Counted from the first letter of the whole stretch, positions 48,331 through 61,357 are shown. The stretch: DNA of 63,890 nucleotides, filler included, from Choristocarpus tenellus KU-1152 (GCA_964200185.2; 13 parts of 13 records of this genome joined end to end with filler, not necessarily neighbours in it), one strand, 5' to 3'. A program made the numbers and translations. The notes: generated by a model not told the origin, from the letters alone.

Positions 48331-50763
48331 TTGAGTATATGCTTTGTGCTTGGGTGGTATAGGACAGGCAATCAGCAGATATGCAGTAGGTCATGAATAT
48401 TATAGGGGTTATGAGTCTATTCCTTGATAGCACTTATGATACAGACACAGAATATAATCTTGCAGTCTATGGACTGGAAACCCATGCATATACAATTATC
48501 ATATTTATGATTAGGGAGTTCGGAACTGGAGATCCATTTGTTCTTGGCCATATCAGAGATGTATGCTTTGTGACGTTTGAACCAGACATCCAAGAAAGAG
48601 GAACAAAGTGTACACTCGTATTAAAATAGAATAAATTTGACTGATATCGTATCCTGTGACCTGGGGGACAAACACCTTTAAAGGGAACATGGATATAAAC
48701 TAATAACATTTGTGATTAGGGAGATCGGAACTGGGGGCCCATTAATTCTAGGTCATGACAGCGATATATGATTTGCAACCTTTGAAGGTATGTTTCAGAA
48801 GGAACAAGTGTATACTCAGATTATGCCAGATGCAAAATGACTCTGATGGTATTTTGTGAGCCTTGGTACAGATTGTCCCAAGGAAGATAAGGATATCTGT
48901 TGATCTATTTTGGGCGTAGTTGTCGTTGTACATATTGTTTTTATGAAAGTGTATACTCTGATTTGGTCAAACATGTATTGATTCTGATCGTCTCTTATGG
49001 CTTTGGAGGATTCGTTCCCAAAAGAAACAGGAAGATATGTCGATCATTGTTGGAAACAACTGGTTAATTTGGAGCTGGAATATCTGTGTTGGAAACGACT
49101 GGCTAACTTGGAACTGGAAAAGCCCTCTCTCTAATGGCAACTAATACACGCTGCTGCACCACAACTGAGGTGATAGACGATATATCTATTGTTTTAACCA
49201 ACGACGATCGCCTGTGTGATAAGTATGGAACGTTCATGCCTAGTTCACGCTGGGGGGCATCTTACAGGCAAATAGCGCAGTATTTCTTCCCGCACTCTTA
49301 CCAGTGCCAGCGGTAAACACACATGTGGAACCCCAAACAGGGGAATTCAGATACGCTAAAAATTCGAGAGTAAGAATGAAACGGTTTCGGATGTATTACG
49401 GCGTCTGTAAACTCAAAATGGATGGTCCTAGGCACCTACTAGTCACCTCTTTTAGTTAATCCGTGTCATACACTTACATCGAATGAGAGTATACCTTCGT
49501 CTGCTGACCTGATATTCACCATCCTCGTTGGACCTTTTGACTATCCCTGGAGTCCTGTATGCGCATTAGAGCCATCTATAGGCAAGTGGGCTGGAGGTAT
49601 ACATCCCTTGGAGGTAAGGTTTGGAGCGTGCTGTATCACAACCACTGCAAGCAAACACTGGTGGGGTCACATTGCACCGCTTCCTGTTCCTCTCCAATAC
49701 ACTTGAGACCACACTAAATCGGACCACTTATAGTCTATCCTTTTCAACATATCATGGGTAATCATTGATGAGGTTTGCCCTTACACAGGTCTTAACACTT
49801 CCCTTCTAAAACTAACTCATATACACTGTTAAAACATAGGTTACTAATCTTTTGTGTGTTCTTATACGATACATTATTCCCAGTTCATATTGAATGTTCA
49901 TTTGCACAGTGGTACTGGTCGTTCCTCCCATCTACATAATTGGAATCTCAACATAGCATCATCAATCACTGTTAGAACATCATGGTACACAGGAAGCATA
50001 GTATATACCCTATGGGTCATCACGATATTGATTCAAGTTTGTTTCTTTGTCCTTTGTTTCTTTTTTCTTCACATCAGAGTCACCAATTGTATATCATATA
50101 TGTTCATTATTTTTTCTCTGCCTGGCATTGCCCCCCCTTAAGACATCAAGTGTACCTGATACACAAGTGGATGCCATATATTCAGAGTCAAAACATCCTC
50201 AAAAACCCTTCTTCACGACAAGCCTTTACTCAGAGCTTGCATATCTTCCTTTGAACATCTCGAGGAATACCCACAACTTTGTACCAAATAACTTCTATCT
50301 GTGCGCAGCATGTCACTAGGTTCATCAGAAGGAATACACCAATGTTTCACTGCACTTTGACATCCCTTCTCTACCAATCTGTCACTGCACAAGAAAGCAC
50401 CATTCGTTCCATCTGAGGTTTCAACATACATATGGTACACAGTGACCCATACCCGAACCACTATTGAAATCCTATTAAACATTGCAGATATATACTATCT
50501 ATGACCACCGTGTTGAAACCTGAATCGAATGCATCGTACATGTATGTTAAATGCGTAGACTACTCGCGATGAGGAATCATAGATNNNNNNNNNNNNNNNN
50601 NNNNNNNNNNNNNNNNNNNNNNNNNNNNTTAATTAATTAANNNNNNNNNNNNNNNNNNNNNNNNNNNNNNNNNNNNNNNNNNNNAAGGGATGGAGGAAAA
50701 ACTCCCAGAACTGGAACGGGGGGGGGGGGGGTCGTACACCAGGATGGCGCAACCCTACATACA

Positions 50764-50843
50764 GACAAAGGCATGGTGCAGAAGCTGAATGCCGCAGGGA
50801 GGGACAAAGGCATGGTGCAGAAGCTGAATGCCGCAGGGAGGGA
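50764..50843. repeat. Perfect 39-bp tandem duplication
   Basis: GACAAAGGCATGGTGCAGAAGCTGAATGCCGCAGGGAGG x2. Confidence 0.9.
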
Positions 50844-51699
50844 GGAGAATGGGAAATTAAGCCCGTGACGCAGTCAGCGCAGTCATCGGATCTCAACATC
50901 AACTATTTTCTTTTTTCGCTTCCCTGAAGAGCAGGGTTTAGGCGGTGCGTTACAGTACCATTGATCACCCTGTAGAAGGGTTAAGAACATTTTCTACACC
51001 TATGACGCAGACACACCAGAGAGGGTAAGGCAGAGTCTGTTTAAGAGGTACAACCAGGTGTTAACAGCGCTTGGGCGGAACGATTTCGAGGTAGAATACA
51101 AAAATATGTAATTGGAGGGTGAGTCGGCTAGAGCGGTATAATTAGACCAAGTTGTCTATAACGCAGGGCTGGATTGGTTGGTTGATGGTGTGGAGTAAAG
51201 GCGATAAATATTTATTTATTGTACAGTATTTGAAGGAATCCAACGAAAAAATTCGTTCTTGTAATCGGACGTCATCTCAAAGAGCTACGACTTAACGGCA
51301 CAGACATATAGGACAGAGGAGTATTGCGGCTTCTAGGAACTCGACTTTCATATACAATCGAGGACCACTCCATGCCTTGATCATAGTCAGTCTTTTAGTT
51401 GTGTATACACTCAACTTGAGAATAACTATAGTTTTGTCTAACAGTCTTCTTTTCTAGCAGTCTGGTAACCATCCATTTTCGTTTTTTTTGTTGTTTATCA
51501 GGCATCCACACATCACGAGGCGCATTCTTCGAGTTTCATCGTCAGCCTACAGGCTTGTAGATCGGAGCCACATATCCCATCAAGGTAAGTTGCTGCGGTT
51601 GTTTTGTGATGTATGTGACAAAATTCACTCCAAGGTGTATGGTGTACATATCGTGTATTTTAATTATGGACCAAACTAAATGGGTATCCTTGTTGCACT

Positions 51700-52700
51700 T
51701 CGTACAGGTAGTGCACAGCACATCCTAAATTACCACCGTAAAAAAAAACACATATTTTTCTTGTTGAGATGCCCCCAATGTTACCAATTGGTCTTATTTT
51801 GGAAGCTACTGAGCCCACCACTATAATTGTTCAAGAATATAGTACTTGAAGTACGAGGACAATGGCAAATCACAGATCATACGAACTCACCCAACGTTTT
51901 TTTAGTGAGGTAGCATTGAGGAATTAATATATGATATGGCAAATCACAACCTCCCACTCTGTTGATTTTAGAGGATTAGTTGAGGCTTCACAAACCACAC
52001 ACTTCACCTGATGCACTAAACCCCAAATATATGTGTCCATGGAAAGGGCCTTATGGTTATGTGGTGAAGGGATGTAAAGCACTTGTTGCATATGATGTAC
52101 AACGGTTGGAAGATCAAAAAGTAGCAGTTCACATGGCACGAACAAACCCCGAAAAGAAGGCATATCCACTGAACCTGATGCGAGTACCCTTACCACCCTC
52201 TTTTTAGGAAGATATCTACCCGAAGAGCCAAACAAATTGAGAGGTAGACAAATTTGGACCCTTTTGCATCCTGAGTCATCTTTATTGCATTATTGCTTCA
52301 TGTGCGCAATAATAGTGTACGCCAAAAGTTATTATCCTTTCCATACACAAAATGGCACCACAATTCACCTAAACCACTTGCTGCAATTATACAAAATTAC
52401 ACGTTTTTGCATTTTGTTGGGATCTTTAAAAGCAACCCTGCCTACCTCTCGGTTGGTTTGACTCAAACCAGATCTTGATCAGGGGTCAAAGACACGGCCA
52501 GTTGTGAAGTGATCCATTGTTGAGGGCATTGTTGGCCACAAGCGAGGCGTGGAAGGAAAACCATCAGCAATTACATGTATGTAGGGTTTGCTTTTTAGAA
52601 TATTCACGGCCAGTGATGTTTAGCGTGACCCTGTTGAAATACCTGAAGGTAGCAAAAATGATCGCAGCCTAACAAGAGAAGATAAAATTGGACACTCCTG
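51700..52700 (+). mobile_element. Gypsy integrase C-terminal remnant
   Basis: LHKPHTSPDALNPKYMCPWKGPY (GPY/F motif) and VEGIVGHKR, paralleling 24070-24330. Confidence 0.7.
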
Positions 52701-52849
52701 ATATAAGAGTCACTGACCAAGCGACTGGCAATAAAAGGGCACCCACAAACCAGTCAAAGAAGATTATTTACTGCCAACCAGGCGTCCACCAACCAGTAGC
52801 TCGGCCTTCTCTAATCATGGTGATAACCCTCTTTGTGGACCGATATTGG

Positions 52850-53520
52850 CAAAAAAATCCTATAAACTAGTGTTTTACGAGTTTGATGAGTTGTCATCAA
52901 AGTTGAGAGATACAGAAAATGCATATATTCGATTCTAAAAGGGCAGAAGCGACACCGATAACTCTTGAAGATCATGCCATCGGCATGGATCACGTGGTAA
53001 TTCAGAGATTGTCTATGAAACGAGTCAGAAAACCTAGAGTAGTACACGAGCTCTACTCTGGGTATCTATTCAAAGATTGGTCCTCCTTCCTGTCAAAAAG
53101 CATGCATATATTTCTTAACATTACACATTGTCCGGATACGAACAAATTGTATTAACATACAGCATAAAGCATGTTTATGACTCCGAAGTTTTCCTGTGGG
53201 TACAAGCCATTGCTACAATATGTTGAGCCGGTTGACAGCAAGAGATTATAACCTTTTCAGATACTCTTGACACTATCCTTGCAACAATTCCTACTCGGAC
53301 GATCTGAAGAAAATAAACATGTCGCAATATTGAGTTCCATCAACTCGGATCCCCAGGGGCAAATGGGCGATAGACAAGTTCACGACACTCCTTCTCACGC
53401 GCTTTCCACTCGTCACAAAGATATTCATACCATGGACCGAAGCGTGAACGAGAGGGCATGTCACCACTAGTGCTCTACTGGTTGCACAAAAAATGGTACA
53501 AGCAAAATACATCAAGGTTG
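52850..53520 (-). mobile_element. Highly decayed Gypsy RT remnant
   Basis: Faint NGLY...FGVIN...YPDNV motifs on the minus strand; heavily degenerate. Confidence 0.4.
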
Positions 53521-53523
53521 ATC

Positions 53524-53821
53524 TGTTACAGGCGATGTCTTGATGTCTTGATGGCGGAGTCCTAGATTTTATATATTTGTACTTCTTGACTATTTATTCA
53601 TTATTTAGTTATTGTTACACCCTTATATAGTACATCGGTTCCAGTTCCTTTTTACATTATGATATTGACGATACTTATGAAGGGAATAATCCAAGTGAGA
53701 GATCCAGCATATTTGACGACTTGTGCATCAGGAGTCCTACACATGCATCAGCGTCATCTATAGGCTCGTGGACTGGAACTATACACCATGTGGAGGTAAG
53801 GTTCTGGAACGTGCTGTAACA
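53524..53821. repeat. LTR-like repeat family E; related segments at 8640-8753 and 49548-49640
   Basis: Bounded by TGTTACAG...CTGTAACA. Core GGAGTCCT...CATCTAT.GGC...TATACA....TGGAGGTAAG recurs in three contigs. No TSD found. Confidence 0.55.
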
Positions 53822-53984
53822 TGGAGGTCCTATTGAGACTTCCACGTTGAAACAGATCACAATAGTTCAGACTTTGGTACGGTAAAGGTATTTTTGGAAA
53901 AACTATGGTACTGTACAGCAAGGTCAACATAAAATAAGTTGTATGCTACACTATTGCAATTTTGGAAAAAATATGATACGATAC

Positions 53985-54421
53985 AGTGTAGCTGCTGCTG
54001 CTACAGCTGAGGCGAGAAAACGCACCCATTACGAGGACTCTTTTGATCCTCGTAGTTATAACCTCAACACCTTCGCAGTGGAAAGTTTTGAGCGCCTAGG
54101 TAAACAAGTGTAAAGCTTTTTGGATGATCTAGCTTTGCACGCGATAGGGAGGAGAAGGACTGGAGGCCACAGCAAGAAAGGGAAGGTTAAATCCCGTCTA
54201 CGACAAATAGTCTCTGCCACAACAAAGTTAGCCCTATCCAGACGGGTCATGTGCTTCAAGCTGGAGAATCCAGGGAGATGGGCAAGGAGGGGCTTGTTAT
54301 TCGCTATTTTACTATCAGTTATGCTACACCGTTCCCTTCCTGTGCCTCTAACCTAGCTAAGTCCTGTACTACAGGGTGAGGGGCTAGGGAGCCATCCTAT
54401 AAATCTAACAAGTCCCTCCTT
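53985..54421 (+). mobile_element. 3' end of a CRE-like element (tail of restriction-like endonuclease region)
   Basis: AAATAEARKRTHY..SFDPRSYNLNTFAVESFERLG...FLDDLA...RLRQIVSATTKLALSRRV, typical of the CRE/REL C-terminus. Confidence 0.72.
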
Positions 54422-54521
54422 NNNNNNNNNNNNNNNNNNNNNNNNNNNNNNNNNNNNNNNNNNNNTTAATTAATTAANNNNNNNNNNNNNNNNNNNNNNN
54501 NNNNNNNNNNNNNNNNNNNNN

Positions 54522-54552
54522 CCGACACCCCCCCCCCAAGATACTTTGACCC
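54522..54552. mobile_element. MITE family A1 terminus at contig start
   Basis: CCGACACCCCCCCCCCAAGATACTTTGACCC matches the A1 end. Confidence 0.75.
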
Positions 54553-55555
54553 AAGTGTTGATTAAAATACAACGTACTGAGAGGCAGTTGGTAGTTTGAT
54601 GTGGGCAGTTGTTATGCCAAGGCTAGACATTGCAAATGCAGTTCGTGAGGTTGCCCAGTACAGTAGTAACCCCAAAGTCACACATTGGCGTGCAGTTAAG
54701 TGTATATTAGCGTATTTGAATACGTTTCCAAGTGTTGGATTGAGTTTTGGTGGTTCTGATACTGAGTATGAGCTGAGTGCATATGCCGATGCTAGTTATG
54801 CTGGAGACTAGAATGGTTGTAGAACAGTAACTGGAGGAGCAATAATGATTGCCGGAGGAGCAATATCTTGGGTGTCAAAGGTTCAAAAGGTTGTAGCTCT
54901 GTCCTCAATGGAGAGTGCGTATATAGCCCTTAGCAGTGTGGCGTAGGAATCGCTTTTCTTGAGAAGTGTTTTTGAGTGTATTCATCCACAGTTTCTTAGG
55001 CGTTGCATTGATATGTTTGAGGACAATGATAGTGCATGCAAACTAGTACGAAATGGCACAGGCTCTACTAGAAAAAAGTACATTGATGTCCAGCGCCATT
55101 TTCTGAGGGATTTAGAAAAGGAGAGATTCGTGTTGTTCTTGGTGGTACTACAAACCAGAGGGCAGATGTGTTAACCAAGAGTTCGGAAGTTAAAAGTTTA
55201 TACAACATGTGAAGTTTTGAATGAACATGTAGGGAAACATGTGTAGTATTCTTTTTAATAAGGTTGTTCAAGAGTTAATACTTGTTTTCACCAAGGGGAG
55301 AATGCCGAGTAACTAGTGTTATCATATACGTTCTGTATGCTGATATATGCATACATCAAAGTTTCATGTACGTTTATCTTTAGTTCGGGAAAATGCAAAG
55401 TAGTAACGTGCATAGCGGTATGACGAGTCAGTATTTATTCATACATCAGTGATAATAGATGGCTGACGGACAATTAATAATTCAGTGTATGTTCACCATG
55501 TAACTCAACCAGGGGCTTCGGGCGACAAGCCTTTCATGCACTAAGCTATTCAACA
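54553..55555 (+). mobile_element. Decayed Ty1/Copia 3' end: RT C-terminus, RNase H, PPT, 3' LTR (~55303-55555)
   Basis: GSLMWAVVMPRLDIANAVREVAQYSSNPKVTHWRAVKCILAYL, YADASYAGD, QKVVALSSMESAYIAL, FEDNDSAC and RKKYIDVQRHFLRD; purine tract AAGGGGAGAA followed by TG...CAACA. Confidence 0.92.
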
Positions 55556-55784
55556 GAACCCTCCTCCATCATCCGTCTAGGAACTCGGACCGCAGGTGCT
55601 TTGCCTGTGCTGGTGATACAATGCTTATTTTTGTAGGCCTCGTTACCTTTTTTATCAATCTGGGATCTCTTTCGCGCACCTCCTCCTAGTCGCCCACACA
55701 CCTTCCGTAAGTTGACCATTTTCAATACACTCATCTCAGCAACCACACGGACGATTGAGGTGCGATTTGTTGCAAAAAAACCTT

Positions 55785-55955
55785 GAGAAAGTACATTAGA
55801 GGGTACAAGTTTTGCCCTTTTTGTCAGTTTGAAGGTTGGTTTCCCACGGGTTTTTTACGACATTTTTTTCGTTATGAAAAGGTGTGTTCGGAACATCAAA
55901 ATTGTCCTTTTGCCCCCAAATGGACGGGTCTCTACCCACTAAGATATTTTTACTC
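55785..55955. mobile_element. MITE family B, degenerate with internal deletions
   Basis: Both ends recognisable; the central palindrome is deleted. Confidence 0.7.
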
Positions 55956-56525
55956 TTTTGTATAATCAATTGTTGATGTATTGCAATGAAGTAGAGTGTA
56001 TTGTACAGGGTGAGAAAGACGGCTTTATCTGTAATATAGTCAAAACCTGTTTACACTTAATTGATGGGACTTTGTTAGGGGGTTGATCTACAGTCCAAAC
56101 TTGTGTGGCATCTTCATTTTCGAGAGAAGATATATATTTATATATGTAGCAGTGTGGTACATCAATTTTTTCTGAATACCTTTTAACAACAGTACGGTAT
56201 ACTCCCTCAATATCACCATGTACGAACCCTACAAATGTCTGCAATGTTAAACTTAAGCCAACTCTCTACAGTACTGTTCACGAGTTCTTTCCAAGAAGAC
56301 ACCTCACATGATGAAGGCATGTCTTTACACCATATCCTACCCTCGATTCTACAATTATCACTGTACAGAAGACAAAGAAAATTAGTGTCTCTACGCGGAT
56401 ATATATCAAAACATTTCCTGCCCCACTATCAACTACTCTCATATTAAGAAAAATATACTTTCTGGTAACAAGTCCAAGACTGATGTTTATCCGCCAACAC
56501 TGAGAGTAAATATAGCCATACTGTC

Positions 56526-57213
56526 CTAATTAATATCAACATTCCATCGAAGGAGAAGCTCAGGTGAAAGCCATGAGCGCATGATCTCATCCATTTTTTG
56601 AAGGGTTTCGGGATCAAGCTCTTCAGTAAAGGGTGTCTGAACGTGCTGATCCTCCAACCTCCCCCCCACGTGCAAATCGAACTCCTGCTGAGGAGCATCA
56701 ATGCAGTCCTGGATGACAACTTCCGGCAAGTTCATACCAAAGAAACTTATCATTTGGTGAAAGAACGTTGATTCATCAGAAAGTACATCCTCATAGAACA
56801 AAAGTAGCGATTCTGATCGAAGAACTGTTCCAAATAGTAAATTCCTGACCATTGTCCTTTGGCAGTAGTTGGGCAGCAGGCTGAGAACGTACGAATCTAA
56901 CTCGATTTGTGAATCTATCCAGTTCTGGTTTCTTCACATAGAGTACAGACTTGTTGCTGCTGCTCGAGGATCACGAATTATGGCCAACTGGGAGCTGTGG
57001 TCCACAACGCTGCAACCACCTTTTCCAAGGGATTCATCCAAGCACATCAAGAATTTGCTTTTGTCCACTGATGTGGTCACATCAGTGACATCAGGGCACG
57101 GATAGGTAGAAGGTTCTGTTCTTGCAGATGCGGACCGAGACCAGTAGGTCATGCCACAATCCAGTCCAAGAGGGAGGTCATGCTTATCATGTCCCACCAA
57201 ACGTATTTGAACC
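56526..57213 (-). pseudogene. Sulfotransferase-family terminal exon with one in-frame TGA (56934-56936)
   Basis: One frame carries KHDLP, the 3'-PB motif IIRDPRAAATSLY, LLLFYEDV and the C-terminal EELDPETLQKMDEIMRSWLSPELLLRW. ORFs 56934..57200 and 56526..56852 are in the same frame, separated only by TGA. Candidate acceptor at 57214-57215. Confidence 0.75.
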
Positions 57214-58185
57214 CTGTGTCAAGGTCATGCACGGGGAAGAAGAATTCAAGCAGTTGATATGTTGTGCTTACATGTGCCAAGTTGGACCTGTAGAGTTGAG
57301 GCAACGTGTGAGGTTGAAGTTTGGACAACAATAAATAGTGGAGTTGTCACATAATTAACAGTTCCCAATGGGAAATGAGGCACCTGGGTGGGAATCAACA
57401 ATACAGGGACATGAAACCGCACTATGAAACGTGATACTTTCAAAAATGATATATTCCCAGTTCTTGTGGAGTCTTTTACCTTTGAAAAAGATGGCATTTT
57501 GCAATCTTTTTACTCAAGATATTCTTGTTGTGTGGCATAATATACAAAAATCATGTGCAGAATGTCTCCCTTGTCGCCAACAACTCTGGCGCCGCATGAT
57601 AATAAATTTCCCACTAGGAACTGTGGGCCAAAGTGATACCACGTCTGTCAATGCCTTGCGGTTTGTGGTCATCACCTAAATATACTTTTGTGACAACGTA
57701 AAAGTTCGCAAATCGGTTTGATTCATCTGAACTTCACAACTCTCCAACATAATATGTAACCTAGATGACCCAGACTTGTACTGGGATGATATATTTCCTC
57801 GAAGCAAATGTTACCTGGGAACTACTGAAGTCAAATGAAGTTAGCAGGTTGGGGCATGGTATATTGTGAGGTATGTTTTGCTGGAGCAGATTCTTGCCAG
57901 GAAGAGAAGGGCGGTAACAGAAGACAATGTACAGGTAGCAACATCTACACAAATACAGTGTTAAGAAAGTGTGGATCACATTCCACGACAGTGTATATTT
58001 TTTCCTGTATCCCCCTCTACCTCCTACCCACATTTCCTCAATCTTTGAAGTTTAACAAGGTTGGTTACAATTTGTTCATGCAAGAAGGTCCTACAACGAT
58101 TATTGTTGTAAAAATTACATATCATTGCCTACTTCTATCACCAAGACGAATACAGGGCTACAATATTTATGGAGCCAAAGCGTCT

Positions 58186-58470
58186 GAGTGAAAGTGTTTT
58201 GGAGGGTACTAGCTTTTCCCTGTTTGTCCATGTGGTGCTTGACTTTCCATGGCGTATTTTTATGACACTTTTCTAGTCCAAAATGTTTAGGAGTAGGTAA
58301 AGTGTGAATGTTGTGAAAAGGTGTGTCCGAAACATAGATATTTTGATATTTCCTAACAAACACGAGATAGCCAAAATATCTATGTTTCGGACACACCTTT
58401 TCACAACATTCACACTTTACCTACTCCTAAACATTTTGGACTAGAAAAGTGTCATAAAAATACGCCATGG
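58186..58470. mobile_element. MITE family B, partial, with fold-back inverted duplication
   Basis: B left end at 58186; 58372-58470 is the exact reverse complement of 58247-58345. Confidence 0.8.
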
Positions 58471-58570
58471 NNNNNNNNNNNNNNNNNNNNNNNNNNNNNN
58501 NNNNNNNNNNNNNNTTAATTAATTAANNNNNNNNNNNNNNNNNNNNNNNNNNNNNNNNNNNNNNNNNNNN

Positions 58571-60723
58571 TACTCGCTTGTTGCATGTGAACTCTGTCCC
58601 ATCGTTGTGCGCGAGAATAATGATGTCCTGACAATGTTTGAGATGGTTATCAGTGCCTGATTGAGGGCGCCCCCCCCCCCCTCATCTTGTATATTAGGTT
58701 TAGGGAATGATCCTCGACAATCAAGCCCACCTTCGACGCCATAAGAGCCCTTGAATGCATAGAATGCGGGAGCGAGCGCGTGGGTCCAGCATGCGTCAAA
58801 CTTGACAGTGACATCACAAAAGTAGTTACCGTAGGGATTCATGAAATCTCATACCACTAACATTATAATAGTATAATGAGTGTGGAACGCAAGGCAAATA
58901 ACAAATGCAAAAAATGCGAACAATAGGAAATTCTGTAGTAGAAGGAAATACGGCAAAAACAATGTAGTGAAGAGAAGTAACACCAGCATGCGGATCGCAA
59001 CAGTCTCCCGAAATATACCCGATATTCCAGCGCTTGCTAACTCTGCAACTCGCCGCTTAGGCGGTGTAATTGCACCATCCAAGGGGGGGGCACAGTGAGC
59101 GCGATGGTGCCCTGAGGATGTATCTTCACCTGCAAGCACTTAAGCACCTGGCGCAAGTGTGTGTTGGTCGCCTCTTCGTCGTTGAGGAGTCTTGGCTCGG
59201 CGGCAATGGACACTATGGCGAGCTTTGGCACATTGCCGAAGGTGAACTCTTTCAGGCGGTCTAAGGGTATCATAGGGTCGAGAGGGCAAAGGTCGTGTAG
59301 TGCAGTGTTCTCACTCCTGCTTGGACATCATGACACACGACACAGTAGACAGACAGCGCGACAAGGACAGCATTGTAAGCAATGGTGCAGGCAATCTTAT
59401 CATTAAGTGAGGTCCTGACAATGTTTCCACGGCATCCCCAAAATGTCAAGCCGTACCCTCTACAACGCCAGACCCATCAGATACATCTCGTGGAAGGAGG
59501 GTAGACGTCAAAACACTAAGTTCCATGGCCCATGGAAACCTCAAAAAAAACGATTCATCCAAAGCGCAAAGGACGAGCAATCCACATGATGTACAAGCAG
59601 CCAAGACCTACGTGCAAACCAATGCGAAACCAAACACGCAGAGACGACTTGTACGTCCGTATAATGTGTAACCACGCCGAGACCCACATGCACTTCTCCA
59701 TGTCCGCCGTTTCGCTACATGACGGGGGACGTAAAAGGCTTTGCCTGGTGGGTGACCCGCCTGCGCTCCTTGCGTGAGCCTTACCCTTGCCCTTGCCCTT
59801 GCCCCTGCCCCGACTCGCTGCTTCGTTCCCCACCGATCCAGACCCTTCACTGCCCTCCTGTGCCATGGGGCAATTGATACATAATCGATCCTTGTGCCTC
59901 TCGTCGCCTACAATCTCCACATAGGCACATTCGCCCATATGCGTGATAGAGCACTTTGGGCATGTATACCTGTCACGCGTGTCATCGAGCGAGAGCATTA
60001 AACAGACAGGATAGTATTTTTCGAAATCATTAATTGGGCGCAACAACGCAACGCAGGGATCCACGGTCACGAAGGACCACGAAATTGGCGGCGCAAAACA
60101 GCACGAAGTAGTACAGGTGAGATACAACAGTCGGTGATGTTCATGCATTAACACACTATCAGACTGTGGCAAATAAAGAGACGTGGGGGTAGCGACCGCA
60201 GCGCCACACATAGAGGGACCCCGCAACATTCCACCAGTTCAATGGCGTGCGCCGCTGCAAAAATACCACGTATTTAGCCTTTCGGGGGATTGGATGGAAA
60301 CCAATCTTACGCCATTAATTACCCGCCATCCTCGTGTGCACTGTTACAACTACATTACTCACCGAGACGTAGGTGGAGGATTGCATTGAGTACAGCAAAC
60401 GTCCGCGTTCCACTCTCCATGGCCGTTTTGTTCTTCTTCCGCACCAGGAACACTGCCGACAGAACCCCTTCGCCCGTATCCTCCCTGTCTGGCAGTCCGT
60501 TCCCTCCCTCGTCTCCATCCCCTCCTTGGTGTTCGCACCCTCCCTCGTCTTCTTTCTCACGGCCATCTGATGTTGATCCGTTTTTGCTCTCAACTTCTGT
60601 GCTGCCGCCATCACAACCCCGCCCACTGTGAACCCAGTGGAGGTTGACCTGGTTGAGTACATCCTGGTATTTCCCATCCCAGGTGGTGAGGTAAGCGCGT
60701 AGAGTCGAGTCCTTCTCGAGAAT
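58571..60723 (-). CDS. Multi-exon zinc-finger protein, partial. Candidate exons 60723-60363, 60254-60197, 59969-59694, 59515-59457, 59260-59076, 58800-contig end
   Basis: A phase-compatible exon chain gives an acidic tract, a Cys/His cluster (CCGVPLC...YTCPKCSITHMGEC...LCINC), a basic RGRGKGKGKGK segment and an alpha/beta-looking domain. Some donors are weak (gtcgct, gtgcat). The contig is visibly richer in GC and CpG than its neighbours. Confidence 0.5.
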
Positions 60724-61357
60724 CTGGTTGTGGAAACGTCGGAGGACGTTGTTGAGGAGAGGAGGGGACGATGGTGACGTCAAAAATGGGAGAGTGAAAT
60801 TGAAGTACGATAGCACGTCAATCAAACAGAGCAAACAATACGGTTGACGTGGTGAACATGTTTAATGGAGGCGGCTTGCAGGGCGAAATAGTTTGAAAGA
60901 AGTCCATGTCGAGGACGCCAGCCCGTCTGTAGGTTTTTTCAGTGACGCGTGTTGGAGGCAGAAACGAGGTGGAGATTGACCAAGATCGTTGTCTACAGTT
61001 GAAGGAAACGGTTGGCTATTCCCGCTATTAGCAACGAAAGACTAGAACTGACAAAACAGCATCGTTTGTTGTAGGGAAGGCAACTCTGTCGCTCATGATG
61101 AAGACGAAGACCACCCACTAATCCTATCAAGGATCAACTATTTTTTTTTGGTACAAGCCATTTCAGCTGTAATTACGAACACAGGAGGCACACTCACGGC
61201 TCTGACCCGTTGCAGGGGTTTCATTCCGACTACCATGGAGATGTTTTTCCTCAGCTGNNNNNNNNNNNNNNNNNNNNNNNNNNNNNNNNNNNNNNNNNNN
61301 NTTAATTAATTAANNNNNNNNNNNNNNNNNNNNNNNNNNNNNNNNNNNNNNNNNNNN

